NCBI GenBank assembly: GCA_040954595.2
Contig: CM082592.2
Location: 3,550,735 to 3,614,734 of the forward strand
Length of the DNA stretch: 64,000 nt
DNA from: Balanoglossus misakiensis
Taxonomy: Eukaryota > Animalia > Hemichordata
Direction: 5' to 3'
Shown here: positions 40,411 to 50,290 of the stretch, one piece after another
How positions within the stretch are numbered: position 1 is the stretch's first letter
How the letters are laid out: the number at the start of each line of letters is the position of its first letter
Made by a program: the position numbers and the translations under genes
The notes under the pieces: generated by a model
The model's input: only the letters and a program-made list of their open reading frames with translations
The model's database searches: none
What the model was told of the DNA's origin: nothing

Positions 40411-42318
40411 CTGAAAACCACGAAAAAAGGACAAACTTTAGTGTAACTTACATGCTTTATATTCTTGAAATCTTAACTAATTGAGAAAAAGCGATCCCTC
40501 GCTTGAATCACTCATGGCTGGGTTTCTATCTTCATAAAATGTGCTCTTCTAAGATGTTGCTATACGCGGGTTCCTCCTTTCTAGGTCACTGAATGTTTAC
40601 AATACAACTGAATAGACACACAGAAAAAATGAGGCGGACTGTAGATCTGTTCCAGTACCATATAATTTAATAAGTTAACTGGTCTTGAGGTCACAGGGTC
40701 GATGGAGGTCAGATGAGAACATGATTATAAGTTACAAATCAAGTCAAGGTCGCGTTATTATACTTTAATTACTTGCACTGTGATGAGATACCAACGCCCA
40801 GTGCGTTGCTATGATACCCAAAACAAGTATTGGGGGGAATATAATAGAATTCACAGTAACAATTGATCCATATCACAATAGCTGAACGCGACAGGAGACT
40901 GTGTCAGTACTTTCAAATGTCGCCGATTCTTTCAAGTGACTTTTTGCTCCGGCCCATATAAACCAGTAATCGGCTCGTTTTACACCGACACTCTGTTCTC
41001 CCGGCGGGAATGGTACCGGACAAGACAAACCTGAATCCTCGCATAAACGCGAACAAAACCCCGCGCCACGACGGTGTAAGTGGCGTGAAGAAGTCCCCTT
41101 CTTTGTGTTGAATCCCCCCATGCACAAAAGTGACACTTTCGCCCCTTTCATCCGTGTTCAATACCCGGGGTTTGAATTTAACAGGGGCAAAGAACAGTGC
41201 GCGCCGGTGATTGAATGGTTTTAATTGGCTGAGAATGCTGATTGGGGTGGACCAGCGAAGGGTAATTGAACCTTCATTGTTCGACAGTTTGGTAAACACG
41301 GCTATAAAGATCTTACATGCTGGGTAGAACTACAGACAGGGACAACACCTTGTTATCTGTGGTAGAACAACGTGTCCATTTAATGAAGCTCAGATTAGCT
41401 CTTTTACACTTGAAGCGCCCCTTGTAACAAGTTCAGGGGGCGACAATCGCCCCTTCTTGAGCAGCCCACCCGGCCAGTACATGCGCGTCCAAGCCTCCAT
41501 AGCAGGCACCGTAGGTCAAAACACTGGGAAAACGGCCTATACATTTTAACTTCCCCCCCCCCCCCCAAACTATGTTGTAGATGACTTTCACATTCATTTA
41601 CGTGTAATTTAGCTCCAGGGCTATAGTGTGCAATTGTTGGAACAGCCTATCTGGATACCGTAGTGAACTTGTTGATATGGCGACTTTTGAAATTGGGTTG
41701 GCAGAACGTAACAATTTTATGCAAATGAAAGAAACTGCGTTCCTGCCATGGCGATTATCAAGAATGTATCAGTTTATAATAATATAACCCGCCCAACAGG
41801 TTCGGATAATCGGTGTTCCACTGTATATTCAATATGGCGAGCTCAACATGTAAACACACAACTTCTCATCCCTCAAAAACATACAGGGGACCCATCTTAA
41901 GTAACGTCCAATGTAAAAGGTCACTGAACTCGTCAGCGTATTATGTGGCTACTCGTACATTGACCTTTTGGGGCGGGATTCTTTTTTGGCGCGCAACCAC
42001 TAGTACCAGGCCCCAGACCAGGAACTGGCGACCCGCCGTTTGTTTCCAACGCCAAATTTGATTCTAATGTTGAATGTCCGAGAAAACAATTTATCTGACC
42101 TGTAGTTTTCTTGGCTCGCTTACGTTTTAATTTGGAAACTTTTAAAAAAATCAAACGCCACCGTCTTGATGACTGGCCCCTATTTTAATAATGGTTTCGT
42201 CGTTTCGCAATGGAAAAGGTCGCTGAACTCGCCAGCTGAAGCGATTGCGAAACAGCGAAACCACAAAAAACTGACATTATTTCCTTAAAGACCACAGAGC
42301 GAAGGATGCATATTGCAA

Positions 42319-42671
42319 TTAAAGGGACAAAGTCTCTCTCTCGCTGCCCTTTTTTTCCATTAATTATATTTGATACAAGACACCGTTTGTTATTCTACAT
42401 GTGGATATATAGTGAATGAACGTTCAACCACACAAAACTTCCATCCCTCTTATAGACAGGAGAGTGAAAAAAATCGCCAAAATGAATCATTGTTCTGTAC
42501 CATTAATTCATTTTGGGCGAGTTTTTACTCTCGTATCATACAAGTGGGATGGAAGTTTTGTGTGGTTGAACGTTCATTCACTATATATCCACATGTAGAA
42601 TAACAAACGGTGTCTTGTATCCAACATAATTAATGGAAAAAGGGCAGCGAGAGAGACTTTGTCCCTTTTAA
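42319..42671. mobile_element. Long fold-back MITE, TTAA-AGGG...CCCT-TTAA (Kolobok-like)
   Basis: About 165-bp inverted arms (AGGGACAAAGTCTCTCTC...GAGAGACTTTGTCCCT) flanked by TTAA. A TTAA target with purine-starting termini fits Kolobok. Confidence 0.85.
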
Positions 42672-42687
42672 GATAATAAAGACTTTT

Positions 42688-43200
42688 GTCTTACCACTCC
42701 CATCAGCGTCTGACCTTCGGCAGTCTACATGTCTGGTCATACATACATACATACATCAACGTGTACATGTCTGATCAGCTGGCAGAAACAGTCAGTTGAC
42801 TTCTGAGTGGCCTCGAGTCAATGTAGTATGTGTCACGCGCAAAGCACCATGGGAGTTCCAACATGAGTAAGCGTTGTGTCTTACCACTCCCATCAGCGTC
42901 TGACCTTCGGCAGTCGGCATACATGTCTGTCATACATACATACATCCACATATACTAGTACATGTCTGATCAGCTGGCATCCGGGTGTCCTATGGGAGTT
43001 CCAACATGAGTAAGCGTTGTGTCTTACCACTCCCATCAGCGTCTGACCTTCGGCAGTCGGCATACATGTCTGTCATACATACATACATCCACATATACTA
43101 GTACATGTCTGATCAGCTGGCATCCGGGTGTCCTTGCGTCGGTGGTAGTGGTATATGTCACACGCAAAGCACCATGGGAGTTCCAACATGAGTAAGCGTT
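42688..43200. repeat. Three imperfect tandem units (starting 42688, 42878, 43021), each with (CATA)n
   Basis: GTCTTACCACTCCCATCAGCGTCTGACCTTCGGCAGTC occurs three times. Each unit carries ACATGTCTGATCAGCTGGCA, near the reverse complement of part of the 82-bp array unit. Confidence 0.85.
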
Positions 43201-43201
43201 C

Positions 43202-43325
43202 CATTCTCCACGCAGAGAATAACCTTGCTAGGGAGTCCGACCACTATAGCCGCTATTTAGTGGCTATTGGGAAGACCCCCTATATAGTCTAGAATTATCC
43301 ACTCCAAGTCTATGCGTGGAGAATG
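43202..43325. mobile_element. Small MITE with TIR CATTCTCCACGCA
   Basis: CATTCTCCACGCAGAG...CTATGCGTGGAGAATG. Confidence 0.65.
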
Positions 43326-44451
43326 TAAGAACTTTTCTGTAAACTTTCCGGGGCATATTATGGAAACTGGAAGCGAAAAACTGGACCATATTTTCGACCG
43401 CTGAAGGGGAGGTTTTAGCGTTTACATGATTTAAAATAACGCACTCTAGCGAAAGTTACCGCAAGTTGAAAATGCCTCAACAAACGTAGACTTGCTCCAA
43501 GTCTATGGGCTGTGTAGGGAACGTGTCGGCCCATACCCGAAACCACAAGCTCAGTCGCAAATTCGAAACTCGCCTCACTACCAAAAACACGCTTAAGGCA
43601 AGCATGCATGCAAAAAAGTATTGAAATTATTTATTAAGACAAAAAACCACCGAAAACACAAAAAGTATTGAGATTTAAAAATCACCAAGCGACTAGTGGG
43701 CTAGTCTACAACAAACGGTCTGTGAGCGGCCATTCAAAATGCAACGGTATGCTAATGAAGGTGGTGCGCTCTGGTTGATTGTCGCGATTTGTTTATGTTT
43801 TTTTTCACTCCGTATGTCAGCTGGCATCATGGCGTACTGTTGCCAACGACGTAGTTTGAAGTTAGCAGGCAGACTAAACAGCGAGCGCGCAGCTTTATTG
43901 TGTGTATATTTTGAAAGACTAATATGTAATGTGTGTGAAATTGCATGGGAGCCCCAAATCGATTTCACTGTACTATCTCATAGGCGTCTAACACATTCCA
44001 ACGAAACCACAAAGATCGAAACCTCAAAATGCGGCAGCAACTTACACTATTTCCTTAAATACCACAAGGCAGGGAGGCATGAATTGCAATTAAGATAATA
44101 AAGAAATTTGGACAATGATACTGTGTTGTGTGAGTTACATGCGTTTCTATATATAACTACTACTCTTACCCCCCATCAGTGTTTGACCCTCGAAAGCTTA
44201 TGGAATATACTCGTACATTGACCTTTTGGGGCGGGATTCTTTTTTGGCGCGCAACCACACCAGGAACTGGCGACCCGCCGTTTGTTTCCAACGCCAAATT
44301 TGATTCTGATGTTGAATTTCCGAAAAAACAATTCATCTGACCTGTAGTTTTCTTGGGTCGCTTACGTTTTAATTTGGAAACTTTTTAAAAAATCATACGC
44401 CACAGTCTTGATGACTGGCCCCTATTTTAATAATGGTTTCGTCGTTTCGCT

Positions 44452-45313
44452 GTTTCGCTTCGTATGTGAAGGACTGTTTCTGCCAGCTGATCGGACATGT
44501 AAGATTTCGAAGTCACCGTTTCGCTTCGCATGTGAAGGCCGTGAAGTAAACTGACTGTTTTCTGCCAGCTGATCGGACATGTAAGATTTCGAAGTCACCG
44601 TTTCGCTTCGCATGTGAAGGCCGTGAAGTAAACTGACTGTTTTCTGCCAGCTGATCGGACATGTAAGATTTCGAAGTCACCGTTTCGCTTCGCATGTGAA
44701 GGCCGTGAAGTAAACTGACTGTTTTCTGCCAGCTGATCGGACATGTAAGATTTCGAAGTCACCGTTTCGCTTCGCATGTGAAGGCCGTGAAGTAAACTGA
44801 CTGTTTTCTGCCAGCTGATCGGACATGTAAGATTTCGAAGTCACCGTTTCGCTTCGCATGTGAAGGCCGTGAAGTAAACTGACTGTTTTCTGCCAGCTGA
44901 TCGGACATGTAAGATTTCGAAGTCACCGTTTCGCTTCGCATGTGAAGGCCGTGAAGTAAACTGACTGTTTTCTGCCAGCTGATCGGACATGTAAGATTTC
45001 GAAGTCACCGCTTCGCTTCGCATGTGAAGGCCGTGAAGTAAACTGACTGTTTTCTGCCAGCTGATCGGACATGTAAGATTTCGAAGTCACCGTTTCGCTT
45101 CGCATGTGAAGGCCGTGAAGTAAACTGACTGTTTTCTGCCAGCTGATCGGACATGTAAGATTTCGAAGTCACCGTTTCGCTTCGCATGTGAAGGCCGTGA
45201 AGTAAACTGACTGTTTTCTGCCAGCTGATCGGACATGTAAGATTTCGAAGTCACCGTTTCGCTTCGCATGTGAAGGCCGTGAAGTCAACTGATCGGACAT
45301 GTAAGATTTCGAA
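44452..45313. repeat. Highly homogeneous 82-bp tandem array (about 10 units)
   Basis: Unit GTCACCGTTTCGCTTCGCATGTGAAGGCCGTGAAGTAAACTGACTGTTTTCTGCCAGCTGATCGGACATGTAAGATTTCGAA starts at 44512, 44594, ... 45250. I saw only one substitution among the full units (~45011). Confidence 0.97.
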
Positions 45314-45392
45314 GGTCAAACAATGATGGGGGGCGGTAAGACAAAAATCTTTATTATCTTAATTGTAATATACCTCATTCGCACTGTGGCAT

Positions 45393-45748
45393 TTAAAGGG
45401 ACAAAGTCTCTCTCTCGCTGCCCTTTTTTCCATTAATTATATTTGATACAAGACACCGTTTGTTATTCTACATGTGGATATATAGTGAATCAAAATTCAA
45501 CCACACGCAACTTCCATCCCTCTTATAGACAGGAGAGTGAAAAAAACTCGCCAAAATGAATAATCGTTCTTTACCATTTATTCATTTTGGGCGAGTTTTT
45601 AATCTCATATCATACAAATGGGATGGAAGTTGTGTGTGGTTTAACGTAGATTCACTATATATCCACATGTACATTAACATAACCAGTGTCTTGTATCAAA
45701 CATAATTAATGGAATAAGGGTAGCTGGAGAGAGACTTTGTCCCTTTAA
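45393..45748. mobile_element. Second copy of the Kolobok-like fold-back MITE
   Basis: TTAA-AGGGACAAAGTC...GACTTTGTCCCT-TTAA; homologous to 42319-42671. Confidence 0.85.
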
Positions 45749-45987
45749 GGAAATAATGTCAGTTTTTTTGTGGTTTCGCTGTTTCGCAACTTCCACTTGC
45801 ATATGCGGCGATTGACATAAGACAGGCCGGACCGCGTGACCTTTTCCACTTGGACATGAGACGTGAAAAATTGAATGGTACATGTGTCAGTGTTCAGTGC
45901 ACAAAAGAATCTTACATAAACCCATCACTGCCCCTATTAAAATGCATAGTTTGTGTGTTTTTGTTTGTTTGTGTGTTTTTGTTTTAG

Positions 45988-46571
45988 AATACAATTAAAA
46001 GAAATTAAAAACAATATAAAAATATAAATAAAATAAAAACGAGATTACAAACAAAATTGAATAAAAAGAAAATTGAAAAGAAAAGACGACAAAATAAAAT
46101 GAAAAGAAATTAAAAACAACATAAAACATAAATAAAATAAAAACGAAATTACAAACAAAATAGAATAAAAAGAAAATTGAAAAGAAAAGACAACAAAATA
46201 AAATGAAAAGAAATTAAAAACAACATAAAAACATAAATAAAATAAAAACGAGATTACAAACAAAATTGAATAAAAAGAAAATTGAAAAGAAAAGACGACA
46301 AAATACAATGAAAAGTAATTAAAAACAAAACAAAATAAACAAACATAAAAACGAAATTAAAAACAAAATTGAATAAAAAAATTTGAACAGAAAATAAAAC
46401 AAAATACAATGAAAAGAAAATGATAAGAAAAAAGAAAAGAAAAATGAAAAGAAAATGAAAAGAAATAAAAAAAAACAGTAAAAAATAAATAAAATCAAAA
46501 CGAAATTAAAAAAAATGAATAAAAAAAATGGAAAAGAAAATGAAAAGAAAAATAAAGTGAAATGAAATGAA
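45988..46571. repeat. A-rich tandem repeat, ~105-bp period, degenerating 3'
   Basis: ATTAAAAACAA recurs at 46004, 46109, 46213 and 46318, with strong A-strand bias. Confidence 0.85.
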
Positions 46572-47093
46572 CATTTTTTCACCCATGGACGAAATCTGCC
46601 GTGAGCCTACAGGGCTGGGACCATATTTTCGACCGGTGAAGTAACCTTCGGAAAGTCGCCGCAATATCAATATTTCAGCAAATAATTCCAAAATCCATTT
46701 GGATGGCACGAACTAAGACATGTTAGGGGAGGTTTTCGCGTTTACATGATTTAAAAATAACGCCGGTCTGTGAGCGGCCATTCAAAATGCAACGGTCCTG
46801 ATGGTGCGCTCTGGCTATCGTTTACAAGTGTTGCGTAATGTAAGTGGAACCAGTATCTGGTTTACCATGGGGAGTCTGCAATCACAGACAGTGTACATGC
46901 TTTTGGTCTTGTCAACAGAACTGTAAATCTCAAGACCATGGCAGTTGGCTTAAGCCAATCGAAAAATCGGAAATAAAATAGAGAGAAATAGTGTTAACAG
47001 CCCATCTCGCAAACATGCTTGAATCATTCCATAAATATAGGCCAAACAACCACGAGGCAGGGACCATTGGATTAACACAGACTTAACTGGAAG

Positions 47094-48092
47094 ATGGGGA
47101 TTCTGCAATTGCCGGACGACGTACTGGTCAGAATAATGAAGTTTCTACCAACAACGAAGCTGTATTTCGACATACGACGCGTGTGTCGGAAGTTTGCGGC
47201 AATTTGCCAGTATCCTGAGGTCTGGCAAAACATAAAGCTTTCCGCCTGGTGGCCGTATCTGACTTCACCACAACTCGAAGATGTTTTATCTCGCGCAAGT
47301 AATTCGTGCAAACAATTAGACCTATCAGAAGCTTTGATATGTACAATTGACTTAGAGAATGACGATGGCTCTTATACAAAGACTCTACAGTCTGCGGAAA
47401 AGTGCCTCGCGCATTTTGTCAGAAAGTCCACCGGTTTATCCCACTTGAGTTTAAAGGGATTACAGGTAAACGCAAAAGCGTATGGATCCATGCATGGACC
47501 GGAGGATGGATTTGGTTTCCTCAAATCGGCCAAAAACCTGCGTTCGTTGAATCTTAGTGGAACTGCATTCTCCAATGATGATTTGGAATGGCTGACAAAC
47601 AATAAACTACTTCGTGAATTGCATCTGTCAAACACAGACGTAAATTCACTTGACGGCTTCCCAAGTCTACCCAACCTGAGGAAACTGCGTCTGAACAACT
47701 TGGACATTGCGAATAGGGATCTAGAATATTTGGGAGCGTTGACTTCACTGGAATGTTTGTCGCTTAAGGGCTGTTTTAATTTAAAGATGGATCGTTTGCC
47801 GCCCAATCCTACTTTAAGGGTTTTGAATATAAGCAGTAGTCGGGCTTGGGGAAACTACGAAATTGACGAATTGTCAATGGAATGGTTGACAAATTTCCCC
47901 AATTTGGTCGAATTTTACGCCAAGGGCCGTTACTTTAAACAAATACTGACATTTCCACGCATGACCAAGTTACAACGCATCGATCTGTGTGACCCATATC
48001 CTTTCAGAGAATATGACAAACAGTCACTGGAACACGTGTGTTCGCGTACTCCAAATGCAGAAATAATTTTCAGTTCCTGGAAGCCTTACTAA
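47094..48092 (+). CDS. Intronless F-box/LRR protein, copy 1 (332 aa, C-terminally truncated by deletions)
   Basis: F-box LQLPDDVLVRIMKFLP...RRVCRKFAAICQYPEVW; LRRs LRSLNLSGT, LRELHLSNT, LRKLRLNNL, LECLSLKGC; TATA-like ATAAATATAG at ~47031. Confidence 0.85.
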   Translation: MGILQLPDDVLVRIMKFLPTTKLYFDIRRVCRKFAAICQYPEVWQNIKLSAWWPYLTSPQLEDVLSRASNSCKQLDLSEALICTIDLENDDGSYTKTLQSAEKCLAHFVRKSTGLSHLSLKGLQVNAKAYGSMHGPEDGFGFLKSAKNLRSLNLSGTAFSNDDLEWLTNNKLLRELHLSNTDVNSLDGFPSLPNLRKLRLNNLDIANRDLEYLGALTSLECLSLKGCFNLKMDRLPPNPTLRVLNISSSRAWGNYEIDELSMEWLTNFPNLVEFYAKGRYFKQILTFPRMTKLQRIDLCDPYPFREYDKQSLEHVCSRTPNAEIIFSSWKPY

Positions 48093-48232
48093 CTTAAAAC
48101 ATCTGTGTATGTGTCCCGGGCGATAATTGGCTGGATAGAAACTATATTAGACTATTATCATTGACATACAATAGTATAGGCGTTTGAGTGTTTTTTTCTT
48201 TAATTTCATAACATTGTTCTTATGTATTCTGT

Positions 48233-48403
48233 GGCTAGTTACACTTTGCGAAACAGCGAAACGAAACAGGGAAACGACGAAACCATTATTACAATAGGGG
48301 CCAGTCATCAAGACGGTGGCGTATGATTTTTTTAACGCCACCGTCTTGATGACTGGCCCCTATTTTATTAATGGTTTCGTTGTTTCGCAAAGTATAACTA
48401 GCC
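48233..48403. mobile_element. Palindromic MITE-like element (GGCTAGTTA..TTTGCGAAAC termini)
   Basis: GGCTAGTTACACTTTGCGAAAC...GTTTCGCAAAGTATAACTAGCC. The inner arms match the ends of the 41950-42208 and 44208-44450 modules. No target-site duplication is evident. Confidence 0.7.
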
Positions 48404-48669
48404 TATTCATGGTCCATATACAGTAGGAATAATTAGTTGAAAGTACAACACGTAAAGTTTCTGATGGTGTACATGCTTTTGGTCTTGTCAACAGAACTGT
48501 AAATCTCAAGACCATGGCAGTTGGCTTAAGCCAATCGAAAAATCGGAAATAAAATAGAGAGAAATAGTGTTAACAGCCCATCTCGCAAACATGCTTGAAT
48601 CATTCCATAAATATAGGCCAAACAACCACGAGGCAGGGACCATTGGATTAACACAGACTTAACTGGAAG

Positions 48670-49752
48670 ATGGGGATTCTGCAATTGCCGGACGACGTAC
48701 TGGTCAGAATAATGAAGTTTCTACCAACAACGAAGCTGTATTTCGACATACGACGCGTGTGTCGGAAGTTTGCGGCAATTTGCCAGTATCCTGAGGTCTG
48801 GCAAAACATAAAGCTTTCCGCCTGGTGGCCGTATCTGACTTCACCACAACTCGAAGATGTTTTATCTCGCGCAAGTAAGTCGTGCAAACAATTAGACCTA
48901 TCAGAAGCTTTGATATGTACAATTGACTTAGAGAATGACGATGGCTCTTATACAAAGACTCTACAGTCTGCGGAAAAGTGCCTCGCGCATTTTGTCAGAA
49001 AGTCCACCGGTTTATCCCACTTGAGTTTAAAGGGATTACAGGTAAACGCAAAAGCGTATGGATCCATGCATGGACCGGAGGATGGATTTGGTTTCCTCAA
49101 ATCGGCCAAAAACCTGCGTTCGTTGAATCTTAGTGGAACTGCATTCTCCAATGATGATTTGGAATGGCTGACAAACAATAAACTACTTCGTGAATTGCAT
49201 CTGTCAAACACAGACGTAAATTCACTTGACGGCTTCCCAAGTCTACCCAACCTGAGGAAACTGCGTCTGAACAACTTGGACATTGCGAATAGGGATCTAG
49301 AATATTTGGGAGCGTTGACTTCACTGGAATGTTTGTCGCTTAAGGGCTGTTTTAATTTAAAGATGGATCGTTTGCCGCCCAATCCTACTTTAAGGGTTTT
49401 GAATATAAGCAGTAGTCGGGCTTGGGGAAACTACGAAATTGACGAATTGTCAATGGAATGGTTGACAAATTTCCCCAATTTGGTCGAATTTTACGCCAAG
49501 GGCCGTTACTTTAAACAAATACTGACATTTCCACGCATGACCAAGTTACAACGCATCGATCTGTGTGACCCATATCCTTTCAGAGAATATGACAAACAGT
49601 CACTGGAACACGTGTGTTCGCGTACTCCAAATGCAGAAATAATTTCATGTTTCGGTCGGTTCCCAATAGACAGCGAGGCAGAGTTCCTGGAAGCCTTACT
49701 ACGTAAGAAACACCCTAACTTAAAACATCTGTGTATGTGTCCCGGGCGATAA
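48670..49752 (+). CDS. Intronless F-box/LRR protein, copy 2 (360 aa, apparently intact)
   Basis: Same F-box and LRR motifs as copy 1, with the full C-terminus ...EFLEALLRKKHPNLKHLCMCPGR; AATAAA at ~50165. Confidence 0.9.
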   Translation: MGILQLPDDVLVRIMKFLPTTKLYFDIRRVCRKFAAICQYPEVWQNIKLSAWWPYLTSPQLEDVLSRASKSCKQLDLSEALICTIDLENDDGSYTKTLQSAEKCLAHFVRKSTGLSHLSLKGLQVNAKAYGSMHGPEDGFGFLKSAKNLRSLNLSGTAFSNDDLEWLTNNKLLRELHLSNTDVNSLDGFPSLPNLRKLRLNNLDIANRDLEYLGALTSLECLSLKGCFNLKMDRLPPNPTLRVLNISSSRAWGNYEIDELSMEWLTNFPNLVEFYAKGRYFKQILTFPRMTKLQRIDLCDPYPFREYDKQSLEHVCSRTPNAEIISCFGRFPIDSEAEFLEALLRKKHPNLKHLCMCPGR

Positions 49753-49858
49753 TTGGCTGGATAGAAACTATATTAGACTATTATCATTGACATACAATAG
49801 TATAGGCGTTTGAGTGTTTTTTTCTTTAATTTCATAACATTGTTCTTATGTATTCTGT

Positions 49859-50029
49859 GGCTAGTTACACTTTGCGAAACAGCGAAACGAAACAGGGAAA
49901 CGACGAAACCATTATTACAATAGGGGCCAGTCATCAAGACGGTGGCGTATGATTTTTTTAACGCCACCGTCTTGATGACTGGCCCCTATTTTATTAATGG
50001 TTTCGTTGTTTCGCAAAGTATAACTAGCC
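49859..50029. mobile_element. Duplicate of the palindromic MITE-like element
   Basis: Same sequence as 48233-48403, offset 1626. Confidence 0.7.
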
Positions 50030-50290
50030 TATTCATGGTCCATATACAGTAGGAATAATTAGTTGAAAGTACAACACGTAAAGTTTCTGATGTACTTTCC
50101 GCCTGACTTAATCTTAGTATGGAACGGTTTTATTTAGTTGTAGTATTACTGTATGTATTAATAGAATAAATATAATTATTATCTACTTGAATCGCCAGAT
50201 CTCCTAGCTATTTATTCGTGTGGGCATGACAATGAATGATTGATTGATTTGAGAAAAGACAACTTTTATTTCGATATTTCACAGAAACTA

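Larger units (their letters stand above)
41950..46814. repeat. Mosaic of direct and inverted repeat modules between the host genes and the virus-like block
   Basis: 41950-42208 is repeated at 44208-44450. 42247-42730 has an inverted paralogue at ~45295-45788. 43382-43773 is partly repeated at 46618-46814. GTTTCGC/GCGAAAC motifs recur throughout. Confidence 0.85.
46891..50092 (+). repeat. Recent head-to-tail duplication (46891-48466 and 48467-50092) carrying the F-box/LRR gene
   Basis: Near-identical copies at offset 1576. Copy 1 lacks a net 50 bp through two small deletions near the gene 3' end. Confidence 0.95.

Noticed and set aside
41500-41950. Terminal inverted repeat, target-site duplication or telomeric repeat marking the element's left end (Teratorn, Polinton or telomere-integrating herpesvirus style)
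   Set aside because: I found no TTAA-CCC terminus, (AGT)n Polinton-type end or (TTAGGG)n array here; the boundary cannot be fixed from this window.
44452-45313. Possible CRISPR array, or the repeated 60-aa MRSETVTSKS ORFs
   Set aside because: The units are identical along their whole length with no unique spacers, there are no cas genes and the context is eukaryotic. The ORFs are by-products of the 82-bp period.
46045-46709. Phe-rich hydrophobic ORFs resembling membrane proteins
   Set aside because: Antisense translation of the A-rich tandem repeat.
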